Source: Octopus sinensis (taxonomy: Eukaryota). From it: DNA of 64,000 bases. The notes below the pieces were generated by a model, which did no database searches, was not told the DNA's origin, and was given only the letters and a program-made list of their open reading frames with translations. Shown piece after piece: positions 24,088 to 37,440 of this stretch. The stretch is from positions 28,582,001-28,646,000 of the forward strand of contig NC_043004.1 in the NCBI RefSeq assembly GCF_006345805.1, read 5' to 3'. Position numbers and translations under genes: made by a program. Each line of letters begins with the position of its first letter. Position 1 is the stretch's first letter.

Positions 24088-26090
24088 AATCCCTCGCTTT
24101 ACAGAAGTATTGCGTTCCTGAAAATCTGACCGTAACGTGAAATTCATTTTCTTATTGAGTTTCATGTTATGAAGTGAGATTGCCTTTCTTATTAGAAAAA
24201 AAAGAAGCATTTGAAAACAATAGAGAAGAAGCAATATGATTACCTTTATATATGAAAATAACAATTTCTAAACATACACGATACAATAAAGATACAGAAA
24301 AAACAAAAATATTTCAAGAGGAATGAATACGTTAGAGAATTAATAAAAATCCCAATATCGTAAGAATATGTTCTCACAAAAAGAGATAACTACTGTGTGA
24401 GGGGTGATGGTGCAATGAGACTTACAAAGAGGACGAAAGACAATATTTACTACCTTATAGTTCATTATACAAACATCAGCTTGAGGGAGGAAGAACTTAT
24501 CCAAAGTTGGTTGTTGTTTATGACGCATCACATCTATGTACAGCTCAGTATAAAAACTGAGTCTATTGTAAATTCCTCTTGTAATTTTTGTTACTTTCAC
24601 GATTAGGATCATTATCACCAAAAGACTGCAGACCTTCCTCTATGAGAGCCAACTTTTAGCAATAATTTTTGTAGCCAATTTAAGTGGTGGTGTTGGAACT
24701 TCCGTTGTCTCATCTGTATCCTCACCTTGTTCTTTTTCTAAGAGCATCAGATCCTCGCTATAGAAACTTTCTTTCAGGGGCACTGGCAACATCATCATCT
24801 ACGACTTCAAATCCTGTATCTATTGCAAGTGTCACGATATCTCTACGTATCTGATGTAGACTTTCCGCTTAAGGAAAACTTGAAATGTTACGGATCCAGT
24901 CTGATCATATACTTTTCCAAGCACTATTCAAAGTTGAAGATTTCACTTCATCCAATTACTCAGCTATTTTATCTACAGCATCTTTTACGTTGAATTTCTT
25001 CCAGAAAGCCCTACCTGTAGGTTTATCCACCATGTCATTTGCTTTCATACATTATTTGAAAGTTCTCAAATAACATTATTGAGCGTACTCTTACGATATA
25101 GGGATTTTTTTCTGTATCTTTATTGTATCGTGTATGTTTAGAAATTGTTATTTTCATATATAAAGGTATTGCTTGTTCCTTGCTATTTGCAATTTTTTTT
25201 TTTTTTTTTGTCTAAGAAGTCCGTAGAAAGTCTACCTAGAGCAAAGAAGTTGTATACTTGGGGATGTATTCTAGTTACTCATCATCAGAAAATTCATCTA
25301 ACTTCACAGGATTGCTCGGAGCGTTGTCTAAAAGAAGCAATGCTTGGTTGTAAATATTATGTCTGGCACTGTATCTTTCAACCACAAGACAAAAACAAAA
25401 CGTTTAAAAATCACTCTTTGAAAAGGCTTTTAGTTGTCTATATATTCTTATTTGAACTCCAAATCCGAAGTAGATTAAACTTTGTGCAACCCTAGCCTTC
25501 GAATTTTGGGAATGATACATGAGTAGGAGATTTCGTTTCATATCACCAGCAGTATTTCCTCCCAAAAGAAGTGTCGGACAAGTTTTGGAAGCTTTAAATA
25601 CTGGTGTTTACTTTTTCATCTCTAGAAAATAATGTTCTAGCAGGCATGCGTTTCCAGAAAAGAGCAATTTCATCAACATTGCATACTTCTTTTCTACTCT
25701 AGGCACAACGCCTGAAATGTTGGGAGAGGGGGGCCAATCGATTAACTGGACCCCAGTACGCAACTGGTACATAATTTATCGACCCCGAAAGTCTACCTAG
25801 AGCTAAGCATTTCGCCCGGTGTGCTAGCGTTTCTGCCAGCTCACCGCCTTTCGTTGTGTAGTTGCTCTGGTGTGTAGCTCCCTTCAGCAATCATTTTCCT
25901 CAACTGTTCTGGATAATTAGTCGCAGCCTCTGCATCAATGTTCGCAGTTTCACATTCATTTTTATGTTGTTCAAATTCATGTGCAATACTTTCAAACCAG
26001 CCTTTACTTGCCAAAAATGATTTTTCATTAGAAAAGGTTTCAGCTTCCTTATCCTGCAAATCGATATTTATAAGACGATTTGCTGTAGAA
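24088..26090 (-). mobile_element. Decayed Tigger/pogo (TIGD1-like) DNA transposon
   Basis: Minus-strand fragments in order: FLASKGWFE..AATNYPEQLRKMIAEGSYTPEQ; CNVDEIALFWKRMPART; LLLGGNTAGD; LLLLDNAPSNP..TTSLL; KDAVDKIAE.LDEVKSSTLNSAWK; IRRDIVTLAIDTGFEVVDDD. TIR-like aatccctcgc at ~24088; left TIR not found. Confidence 0.8.
25691..25851 (-). mobile_element. S1b SINE inserted in the Tigger transposase
   Basis: Reverse-complement head gccagctcaccgcctt. Splits PEQ from CNVDE. Confidence 0.75.
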
Positions 26091-26627
26091 GAAGGTTAAA
26101 ACTCTAAAAAGAGACAAAAAGTTTACACTTTTGGCTCTTTTTGAATTACCATCGTGTTTATCGGCACATAACTTCGATGCTGATCCGCGAGTCATACACT
26201 CAAGAGTCCTTCCGTTTTAAGAATTAAAAGTATGAAAAAATAAGGCCCGGACAGTCAACGAAGTAGCTTCTTGAGAACTTAAGTGTCACCAGACTTTATT
26301 GGCAATTCTCCTCTTGCATATGTGTGTGTGTGTGTGTACATTTAAACACAAGACAAGCTACCATTAACAGGCAGCTTTACACGCTAGAAGAAGTAGTCAA
26401 AACGACCAAAACCACATTTAAGAGCAATTTCGAAAGGAATGAAAAAAAAAACTTTTACCTTGTTATTTTTTTACGGTCATACCTAGGTTTCGAATTTTAT
26501 TTAGTAAATAAAAATAATTTACTAGGCGAAATTCTCATCAGTAACCGCGCCATAATATTAACATATAATTTAGAGGCAAATAACACGCGTCTCATCATTA
26601 TAAAACTCGCTACCCTATATATTTTAC

Positions 26628-26679
<52 letters not shown>

Positions 26680-26717
26680 TTATGTGTGTGTGTGTGAGTG
26701 TCTGTATGTGTGTGTTT

Positions 26718-26748
<31 letters not shown>

Positions 26749-26997
26749 AATATATATATATAAATGTATGTATATTTTTCAATGTTTAGAAATAACACGG
26801 AAAAAATAAAGAAATAGTTATCAGAGTAACAAAATTTCACACAAGTACCAAGGACGTAACAGCCTGCTTATAAAGGTTTAAATTAGGTTTTGGTGAAATG
26901 TCTTTGATAATGTAGATAAATAAATAAAAGGAGTCAAACGCAGGTGTTATTCAAACTCAGAACTCCATTTATTTATTAATTTATATCTGTATCTATT

Positions 26998-27058
<61 letters not shown>

Positions 27059-27084
27059 ATGTATATGTATATATGTAAATATAA

Positions 27085-27118
<34 letters not shown>

Positions 27119-27193
27119 AATATAAAATACAAAAATGTAACAAGAACGCAAAACTTCCAGACAGGTGATACAAAAAAGGGACAGCAAAACACA

Positions 27194-27339
27194 GCAAATC
27201 GACCCCAGGACTTATTCTTTGTAAGCCTAGTACTTATTCTATCGGTCTCTTTTGCCGAACCGCTAAGTTACGGGGACATAAACACACCAGCATCGGTTGT
27301 CAAGTGATGTTGAGGGGACAAACACAGACACACAAACAT

Positions 27340-27345
<6 letters not shown>
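27194..27345 (-). mobile_element. SINE S2 3' part
   Basis: gaccccaggacttattctttgtaagcc...gacaaacacagacacacaaac. Confidence 0.8.
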
Positions 27346-27416
<71 letters not shown>

Positions 27417-27529
27417 AACACAGCAACAATTGTTGTCAAGCGAAGGTGGGAGACAAACATTGAGGCAAAGACACACGCGCACGCGCCCACGCACACACTC
27501 ACACACACACACATATATATATATATAAA

Positions 27530-27770
27530 GAGGGCACATGGCTTAGTGGTTAGTGTTGGACTCACGATTTCGCAATCGTCATTTCAATTCCTAGACCGGC
27601 TGGTGCTTTGTGTTCTTGTGCAAAAACTTTCATCTCACGTTGATCTGCGATCATTTACACACGTGACGCGTGCTACCTAGTACACCTGTTCAGACAAGGT
27701 CGGTTTGATGGAGCGTGTGCGCTAATGTGCGGCACGAACATTCGATCACTATAAACAAATCATTTTGTCG
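27530..27770 (+). mobile_element. Fourth tRNA-derived SINE family (S4), degenerate
   Basis: Head gggcacatggcttagtggttag...ttcaattcctagaccgg with A and B boxes, then a gtgttcttgtgcaaaaactttcatctcacgttg core-like segment. Single copy in window. Confidence 0.55.
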
Positions 27771-29584
27771 TTCGGAAAAAGGTGAAAGCTCATACGTCGT
27801 CTTCGACGAGAGACTGCTGCATATACAAAAATTAAAGTAAAATTGCAAAGGCAAACAATATTTAATTTAGATAGGGAATATATATATACAAAGTCTTTTA
27901 CATGCACTTCTGAATAGCCAAGCGTGTGGGTCATCATATTGAGTAAGGATTTCATCAGACAAGGAGAAATCAGGGAAATATAAAGGCGATGGAAAATCTC
28001 CAGTCGTGAATATTGGTGTATTTCAGTTTGTCGAGAATGAGGGAAGGATCAGATTAAAATAAGAATACATTAGGTAGATCCATGAGCAAATGAAAAATAC
28101 GGTTATAGGTAATATCCAATAGCAGCTTTAAATGAGAATATTCGATGATAATACCCCACTTCCAGTTGTGAATAGAGAATGAATGAAGGTAGAATAGAAA
28201 CATAATCTACCACTATGACTACCCACTTCTCTCTCATTTTTGCTAACTATGGCCAGCCTTGGTGGTCCTTTGACATATGTTATTTTTCATCTATTTATCT
28301 ATCTTTTTTTATAAATGCACCCCTAACCTCTCTCGACTAGCGCACCTCCACTATACTGATTAGTATGTATCTACTCCACTACATCCACCTGTCTGTCTTT
28401 TTTTCTTGACTATAGTATAGTATTCCTATTCTCCCTTCATTCTCTATTATATATGTGTGTGTATTTCTTTCTTGGCCTGACTGCCGACCGCCAGCACCAC
28501 TAATGTCCATCTCCTATGTTCCTGCCTGATGGCTTTTACTTTATACACGCCAGCTCTATTTGATTCCTCCTCAGTTGAAAGACATCTGTTGTTATATTGT
28601 TGTTGTTTGTATTTGTAATTGTGTACATGTTCTCCGTTTTTCTTTTGTCTTTGTTGCCGCACACATTCGCTAGCTTTGTTACAAAAAATCTAATGCTCTT
28701 AGTTTAGACTTTTTGTGGGGCAACCAGATCGAACAGTCTCAAGTGTAACTGCCCGAAACTTTAAGGACATCTAGTAACTTAACTGATGAAAGAAGGCCAC
28801 GAATGACCCGTCCTTCTTTTTCCTGTCCCACTAATTGTTGTTTTTCCTGTCCGCCTTTGTATCGTCTACCTGTACGGTTGTTTTGCGTTTTTGTTCCACT
28901 TTTTATACTTATATATACATATAGCGGCGTACATACACATTTTGCTCACCTCATATATATATATATATAATATATATATATATAATATATATATATATAC
29001 TTTAAAGCTACAAAAACATCACAAAAATATCACAAAAACTGCTACTCAGAGTTTCACGTTCGGCGAACAGTTTAGATTGAGAAAGGAACAAAATAAAGTT
29101 TGTTTGTATAAAATATACAATTTACATAGACAGATACACATTTGAGATTGGTTTCTATCCATTTGTCCTTTCGAATAACGGATTTTTCTTAATCGGTAAT
29201 GATAGGTTTAAAATCGTATTATGTGAGATGAAAGGAAACCTTAAACCAAACATCAAAATCTCAAAAATGACTGTAGTTAGAAGGAGAAAAATGTATATAC
29301 CTAGAATAAATTACTTAATGATAAAATAAGCTTAATTAAAGCTAAATAAATGTAAGTTTGTTTTATAAAATAGTCACTTACATAAATCAAATGGCCTAAA
29401 AATAAACTCACTACTTATACATACACATAGTAAAAACATAAACATACATAAGTACAGTAAACATACAAACGCCAATATATGCATATATACATATCTACAA
29501 ACATACACAGGCAAAATATAAATATTAGTATATATACTAATGTGTATATGGATAACTACGCACGTGCGCGTCGCGCGCACGCAA

Positions 29585-29621
<37 letters not shown>

Positions 29622-29872
29622 CGCAGCGTACGTCTTCGTGTGTATGTTGTGAAGTTGCAACTCCATTGCTGCACGTTAGAAAGAATCAGAATAAGAATGA
29701 GAGGTGATGGTTGGAAGAAAAAAGAAATGATAGACTTCTGTACAATATATGCATACATATAAATAGTGTGCAGAATTGGGTTTTATTCAAGTTGTGTCAT
29801 TGTGAAGCACATCTGTGCATTCAAATGTATATATCAAAATGTTTTATTTTAAAAGAGAAAGCCAGAGACAAA

Positions 29873-30285
29873 ACTCTTTTACTCTTTTACTTGTTTCAGT
29901 CATGTGACTGTGGCCATGCTGGAGAACCGCCTTTAGTCGATCAAATCGACCCCAGGACTTATTCTTTGTAAGCCTAGTACTTATTTCATCGGTCTCTTTT
30001 TTACCGAACCGTTAAGTTACGGGGACGTAAACACACCAACATCGGTTGTCAAGTGATGGTGGGGGGACAAACGCAGACACACAAACACGCACATATATAT
30101 ACATATATATACACATATACGACGGGCTTCTTTCAGTTTCCGTCTACAAAATCCACTCACAAGGCTTTGGTCGGCCCGAGGCTATAGTAGAAGACACTTA
30201 CCCGAGGTGCCACGCAGTGGGACAGAACCCGGAACCATGTGGTTCGTAAGCAAGCTACTTACCACACAGCCGCTCCTACGCCTAT
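29873..30285 (-). mobile_element. SINE S2, full length
   Basis: Reverse complement of the complete S2 unit. Confidence 0.9.
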
Positions 30286-30454
30286 GCTACTTCAAAAATA
30301 TGTTGAATCATAATATTTCCAGGATAATTACACATTAAAACAGACTAGAATATTTGGGACAGTTTTTAATTTCATATTACACATGTTTTCATTTTAGGAT
30401 AAGATTTTACGTGAGAAATGCATATTCTGAGAACTTATTCGGCGTGATAGAATT

Positions 30455-33435
30455 AGAGCAGGTGTGTATTTGGGGTAACCCTTTACATGAAAATCTCAAA
30501 TAAACACCTGGGGAGCAAACCCTGTAGAAAACCCTTCACATTCGTTACAATGAGAATAACTAATACCAACCCAAATAACAGGAAGAACAGGAAGACTCCC
30601 CTGGATGTCCAAGATACTAGACCTCCCATGCCCGCCAGGGTCTCTTCAGAGGGTAATGGAGGGGAAGACCAGACTCCACACTGTCGTAGTCCTTTTAATG
30701 GTAAAAATATGCAACGTGCTTGCAAACGCAAGTGATCTGTCTTTATGAACAAAACGGCAATTAAGTGCCATGAACAAGCCTTGCTAGACAAGAGCAATGC
30801 CAAATGTTAAGCTGTTGTAGAAAGATCATTAGAACTTTGGAACCAGCTGGGTATTTTCTTGATTACTAGAAATGGGCTGATGAATCAGATAGGAATGATT
30901 CGGAACAGAGGCTTTCTTAATGAAACCCAAATTCAGACAATCAAGAAAAGCTTCTGTAGTGGTGATAACCTCGAGGAGGATAATGTAGGTCAGCGAATGA
31001 GTAGGCAAGGTTAAGTTGTAGAAGAGGGAAGGCCGGCTAATCAATTTAATGTGGCGGATACTGTATTACCAGAAGATATGACTGAGGAACAGAGGGACCT
31101 CATGATAAGACTGGAGGATATAGTGTTTACATGAACAGAGACAAAACCGGTGAATTCGAGATGCTTCGACCGTGACAATGTGAAACGGGTGACCCAAAAG
31201 TACATTCCAACAAAAGATCTATAGGAAACAAGAGGCTTGATCAGATCCTCTTCAGTTTTAGTTAAGTGAACTGGTTGGAAAGAAAGAGAGGAAAGCAGGT
31301 GGAGAGAATGAGCCATAGTGGAAGCGGAGAATCGGAGGCGATATTAAAATCTTGTGGAAAAGATTTGAGTCGCATAGAAGAGTTGTCCAAAGGGCAATGG
31401 AAACATACTAAAGAAGGTGTGAGGGCATATCTTGAAACAAAATACCAAATAGAAAAGAAAAGGTTTAAAACTCTTATCATAACCCCAAAGAAAAGCGTTC
31501 GGGCAAAAGCATTGAAGGTGCAATGCTACTTTGATTGCATATCGCAGTTCCAGCAATGCAAGTTATTCACAAATAACCAGAATCAGTTTTTTAAGAGCTT
31601 AGGAGGAGATACAGAAGATAATATACCTCCTGAAGCAGACGAAACCCACCAATTTTGGAAATAACATCCGGGGACAAGAAGTTTCCCACAACCACGGTGA
31701 TTACTGGATACATTGCGTGAGATCGGAACTCCATCACCTTGAGGCTCCTCAGCAAGACCATGTACGCATAACAACGGAAGATGTGAATACACAGGTATCA
31801 AAACTGCCAAACTAGAAAGCGGCAGTAGTTTAGGTTAACACACAAACGAACGGCATTGCAATGAGACAATTGCCTACAGAGTGGTGCAGTTCCGGAATGG
31901 ATTGTAGAGAGATGGATTGTTGATGAAAGATCAGTCAAAGGGCAATGAGGTTGGCAATTTCTGATCCCTCGCTAATTTTAACCTCTTATGGAAAGCGTTA
32001 ACAGACATCCTCGCAGGGAAAATATATACGTCCTTTGTGAAAACAATCCACTGCCAGTAGAACAAAAGGGACGCCAGAAAGGACCCAATGACCACCGTGT
32101 GATAGACAAGGCTGTAATGAAGAACTGCAAACAGCAGCAAAAAATACTTGTGCATGGCCTGGATAGACTTTAAAAAGGTTTACGACATGTCGTGGATTCG
32201 AGAAACAGTTGCTAAGAACTTGTGTGCACTGATTAAGAACTGCATGCCTAGTTGGAAAACACTTATTTTCTATAACAACCAGCACTTGAGGTAATAATCA
32301 AAAGTATCTTCCAGAGAGATACCTGTTCACCTTTGTTATTTTGATCTCATTTTCTGTACCTCTACGCAAAATCAACGCGCATAATGAGCTGAAAAGGAAT
32401 GAACTTCATCTCAACCACCTTCTCTTGATGGATGATTTTAAACAGTTTGCATAAACAGACTCTGAAATGGAGAGACTGGTTGAGACTGTGCAGATGTGCA
32501 GCAAAGATATAGGGATAGAATCATGGATCCCAAAGTATGCGGTGTTCACTTCGAAGCGGAGTGAAAGAGCAGACTGTAGAAGCATTGTAGGTCCAAATGG
32601 AGAGCGAATAAAAGGCCCGGATCATGATGGGTACAAGTACCTTGGGATCCTGGAGCTGGACAATATCTTACGCAAAGAAATGAAAAACAAGGTCACCACT
32701 GTATATTTGAAGCGTCTCAAGATTCTCTTCAAAACACAACGCAAGTCAAAACTCAACGCAAGGAATCTTGTGACTGCTATCAACATATGGGATGTTGCTG
32801 TGATCCGCTATAGCGCACCCATTCTGAAATGGACAGGAGCGGAGATTTATCAACTCGATCGCACTACCCTAATGACAATGACAATGCACGGTGCCGTCCA
32901 CCCTAAGGCGAACATACACAGGTTCTACATGAAGAGGTGTGAAGGTTCATGTGGCCTGATTAGCGTACGGGAGTACACCAGCAGTGAAAGAAGAATCACG
33001 GCAGAGTATTTGGTAAACAAAAGTCAAGATCTGTTACAGTATACTGCTAATGCAAAAGAATTTACCAGCAACAGACTTAAGAGTGCTAATAAATTACGAT
33101 CACGAATAGCCAACGGGAGAGAAGAAACTCTATTCCGCATGGAAATACATGGTCAGTTCCACCGTACAACTAACAACTTAAAAGACTAGGAAGCATCATG
33201 GACGTGGCTCAGCAAGGGAGACCTTAAATAGAATACTGAAAGACTAATCATTGCTACCCAGGATCAGGCAGTGAGAAGAAATATATACCACACAGTGCAA
33301 TAACCTCTGCAGAATGTATGGGAAGAGGGTCGACAGCATGACTCATATTGTTAGTGCTTGTGAAACTGTTGCATAGAAAGAGTACAAGCGCAGACACAAC
33401 AAGGCAGCCCAAAAATGTCTATCAAGAACTGGATG
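30455..33435 (+). mobile_element. Decayed R4/Dong-clade non-LTR retrotransposon (element 1), from 5' end through RT to CCHC finger
   Basis: N-terminal MNKTAIKCH..LWNQLG..LMNQIGMIR; VIDKAVMKNCK..AWIDFKKVYD; LMDDFKQFA; YKYLGILE; HPKANIHRFYMKR.EG; CRMYGKRVDSMTHIVSAC. Many stops and frameshifts. Confidence 0.85.
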
Positions 33436-35480
33436 GTAAGGAAAAGGATGTAAAAGCCGTGTCAGATGCTGAAGAAAGCAAAAGATTCTGGCCAAACATA
33501 TGGTCTCAGGAGAAACAACATGGAACTAAAGCAGAGTGGTTAAAGACACTCAAAGAGGAGAGTAGAGAGTATCAGCAGGAGGATTTGAGAATAACCGAGG
33601 AAAGCGCCTGGCCCAGATGGGGTTCAGGGATTTGGGCTTTAAAACTTTACAGCTCTGCACAGGAGATTTGCGAGACAGCTGGACGAAATACTGTGTAGTG
33701 ACATTCTAGTACCGGCCTGGATGACAAAAGGGAGAACGATACTATGCCAGAAGGACCCAAGTAAATGGAATACGGATGGAAATTTCCGACCAATATCTTG
33801 TTTGCCACTGATGTGGAAACTGATGACCGGCATCATATCAAATAACATCTATAAGTATCTAGATGAGAACGAGCTTCTACCAGTGGAACAAAAAGGATGT
33901 AGATGTAGGAGCAGAGGAACGAAGGATCAATTACTAATCGATAAGACTATCCTGGTTAATCGCAAGAAGAGACACACAAATTTGGCGATAGCATGGATAG
34001 ACTACATGAAAGCATATGACATAGTCCCACACACGTGGATTATTGAATGCCTTAAACTGCTTAAAGTTTCACACAATATCCTGAAGTTAATACAAAAGTC
34101 AATGACAACGTGGCGAACTGATCTCACAGCATGGGAAGATAAGCTGGGAGAGGTAAATATCAAAAGAGGAATCTTTCAAGGAGACAGTCTGTCTGTCGCT
34201 TCTCCTAATTGTTGCTTGCATACTGCTACTAACAAACGTTTTAAGAAAGATGTATTAGGGGTACATGCTAGGCAGGGTGAAAGTAAACAACCTGTGGATT
34301 ATGGATGACCTAAAGCTATTCGCTAGGACTGAGAAAGTAATTGGGAGTTTGACGGTAACTGTTCAGATGATTAGCAAAGATATCGGCATGAATTTGGGAT
34401 CGAGAAATGCTGTGTTATGTTTCTCAAAAGGAGGGAAATCAGTAAAAGCCTTGGGATCAAGCTAAAAAGTAGTGAAACTATAAAAGAAGTCGAAGAGGAA
34501 GGATATAAATACCCGGGTATCATCGAAAGAGATAAGAAATGTACGGGAATGAGTTTTTGAGGAGAACTCGGCTTGTGCTCCAATCGAAGCTAAATGGCCG
34601 CTATAAGATTAGAGCAATTAACACGTGGTCTGCTGCTTTGATGAGATACGGCGCAGGAATAGTATCTTGGAAGAAGCATGATTTGCAAGAGATAGACCAA
34701 AGAATACGTAAATTAATGACAATGAACAAGGAACTGCACCCCAAGAGTGATGTATCAAGATTTTATGTTTAAGAGGAAGGAAGGATGACGGGGATTAGCG
34801 TGTTGTGAATTTTGTGTAAGGTTTGAGGAGAATACTCTGGCTCGGTATGTCAAGGGGAGTAAAGAAGAAATGATTGAATCAGTGAAAATTCGGGGAACCT
34901 TAAAAGTGAACGAAGCCGTAGATCCAACACAATTTAAGAAAGACCAGAGAGAGCAGATAAAGAAAATTTGGCAGGACAAGAAAATGCACAGCCAGTTCTT
35001 GAAGAATAAGGATGAGATTGATTGGAATATAATCTGGCAATTGCTGAAGAAAGGAGACTTAAAAGGGTCCACCGAGGCATTAGTGTGCAACGCTCAAGAA
35101 CAAGCTCTCAGAACAAACTACTCCAAATATCACATTGATAAAAACAGTGTAGGATGTGCTCTGAGAATGGAGAAAGTATAAGCCGTATTGCTAGTGAGTG
35201 CTATAAGCTCACACAACGCGAATATAAAAGGAAACACGACAATGTGGCTAGATATGTCCACTGGCCGTTGTGCGGTAAAGCAAACTTCGAGAGAACCGAA
35301 CAATGGTATGAATAGAAGCCAGAGGGAGTAATGGAAAACGAACATTACAAAATAGGATCTTAACAGGCAGTGCGACTAAGTCATAGAGGCGAGACGACCA
35401 GATATCATGTTCATCTCTAAAATTGAAAAAGAAGTAAAGATAATAGATGTTGCTATACCAGGTGATTCGAGAGTGAAAAG
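33420..35480 (+). mobile_element. Second, divergent R4/Dong-clade LINE remnant (RT to RLE endonuclease)
   Basis: [13 protein letters not shown]; [11 protein letters not shown]; [14 protein letters not shown]; GIFQGDSLS; MDDLKLFA; LKKGDLKGSTEALVCNAQEQAL; RRPDIMFISKIEKEVKIIDVAIPGD (RLE PD..D motif). Cut off by microsatellite. Confidence 0.9.
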
Positions 35481-35508
35481 TATGTATGTATGTATGTATG
35501 TATGTATG

Positions 35509-35563
<55 letters not shown>

Positions 35564-35609
35564 CTAACTATCTATCTATAAATATATATATATATAAATA
35601 TATATATTT

Positions 35610-35644
<35 letters not shown>

Positions 35645-35721
35645 TATAGATAGATAGATACACACGCACACGCACACACGCACACACACACACACAAAGA
35701 TATATATATATATATATATAT

Positions 35722-35812
35722 AATCTCTGAGCGAGATGTAAACAGTAGCAATACGGAATCGTGATACACACGGACTCGCGTATTGCTACTATTTACATCT
35801 CGTTCAGAGATT
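35722..35812. repeat. Inverted repeat, 34 bp arms (2 mismatches), 23 nt loop
   Basis: aatctctgagcgagatgtaaacagtagcaatacg / cgtattgctactatttacatctcgttcagagatt. Confidence 0.9.
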
Positions 35813-36099
35813 TAATATAGCTTATTTTTTCTTTTTCGAGATCGGTGATGGTTCGTCGCAGGAAAAAGCATATAGCGAGTGGTGTGAGTTTTCATCACTA
35901 GTTAGTGATTAGAAATACAAGTCCGTGTGTATCACGTAAGGCTAGAGACGGGACGATGACCTACCCTCGCAAATACTAATCGGACACAGAATGTGTGTTC
36001 TTAGCCAGCTAGAAGAGATGTCTTTCTGGGGCTATATACGCCAGTAGCACTGACCCGTATAAGACGCCACACTTGGCTAGCGATTATATGTTACGATAT

Positions 36100-36600
36100 A
36101 TATATTCTTAGAGTCAGGTAATAATTATATTGGCCAAACAGGAATATCACTCCATCGAAGAACCACTCTTCACAAAGAATAAATCCGCCACCCACAATAC
36201 AGACTGACAGGTCAGTGAACACATAGAAAGGTGTGCTAGGAATCTTAATCCTAATTTCCTAATTTTCCCCTTCTATCAATCTTCATAGAATACCTCAGTA
36301 CAACAAAGAAGGAATAAAGAGGTAACTTTCATCAATAAATATCTTCCACAACTCAATATGAACACATAACATAATACAGAACACTACTAACCTTTCAATT
36401 AATAACACTAACCCCCATACATCCCATAGATCATTCATGTTACAGATCTATATCTACCCTAATTGCACCAAATCCAGAACTACTTACCTCCCTTATACAT
36501 ACTCTTTTTACTCAGGGACTAGTAGACCTGACACCGTTCAGTAATCGGTGTGCATTCAAAGCAATGATTAGTAAGTTCACGAAACCGGTATGCTTTTGAA
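36100..36600 (+). mobile_element. Penelope-like element remnant (GIY-YIG endonuclease and G-poor 3' region)
   Basis: NYIGQTGISLHRRTTLHKE..VSEHIERCA..KEVTFINKYLPQLN, with frameshifts. Confidence 0.7.
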
Positions 36601-36842
36601 TCTCTTTCACAATTCACAATAATGACTTCTATTACTTTTATTCCTACCTTAGTTCATCTAATTGTATATATCTATCGTTACTTTTCATTAAAAAGCCTTT
36701 ACTTTTTTGATTTACAATGTGCATTATCGCTTATTTTTCTTCTTACTTTCCCCTTACATTTCCACCTGTAGTTTCTATTTTCTTTTTGTAACATATTTCT
36801 ATTATATATATATAGATAGATAGATAGATTGCATAAATAAAT

Positions 36843-36885
<43 letters not shown>

Positions 36886-36886
36886 T

Positions 36887-36929
<43 letters not shown>

Positions 36930-36935
<6 letters not shown>

Positions 36936-37275
36936 TTTTATTCTTTTACTTGTTTCAACCATTTGACTGCGGCAATGCTGGTGCAGTGCCTCGAAGGGTT
37001 TTAGTCGAACAAATCAACCGCCCGATTATTTTTTATTTAAGCCTAGGTCGAACCACTAAGATACAGGGATGTAAATACACCAACACCGGTTATCAAGGGG
37101 TGATTGAGATAAACTCAAGCACAAAGGTACACACATATAGACATACACATACATACATGCATACATTCCAATGAAGGAGCTTTGAATCTAGGTAAGAAAC
37201 CGGCACTTTCTCTATTGGCAAGAAATCTAGAAAAACAACTGAACATTGATATACATACATACATACATACATACA

Positions 37276-37311
<36 letters not shown>

Positions 37312-37440
37312 TACGACAGGCTTCTTTCAGTTTCCTTCTACCAAATTTACTCACAAACCTTTGGTCGGCCCGAGGTCATTGTAGAAGACACTTGCCCAAG
37401 GTGCCACGCAGTAGGACTGAGTCCGGAATCATCTGGATAT
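36930..37440 (-). mobile_element. Degenerate SINE S2 with expanded (TACA)n bridge
   Basis: Tail at 36930-37130 and partial head at 37295-37435, both reverse complement. Confidence 0.7.

Noticed and set aside
28780-28812. CTGATGA motif (also CTGAAGA at ~1392, 43430 and 62906; CTGATGA on minus at ~27950) as hammerheads
   Set aside because: No closing stem II plus GAAA in the right geometry. At most degenerate terminal-repeat remnants.
32467-34308. 240 aa and 195 aa ORFs as host genes or active RT
   Set aside because: They are fragments of LINE ORFs surrounded by stops and frameshifts.
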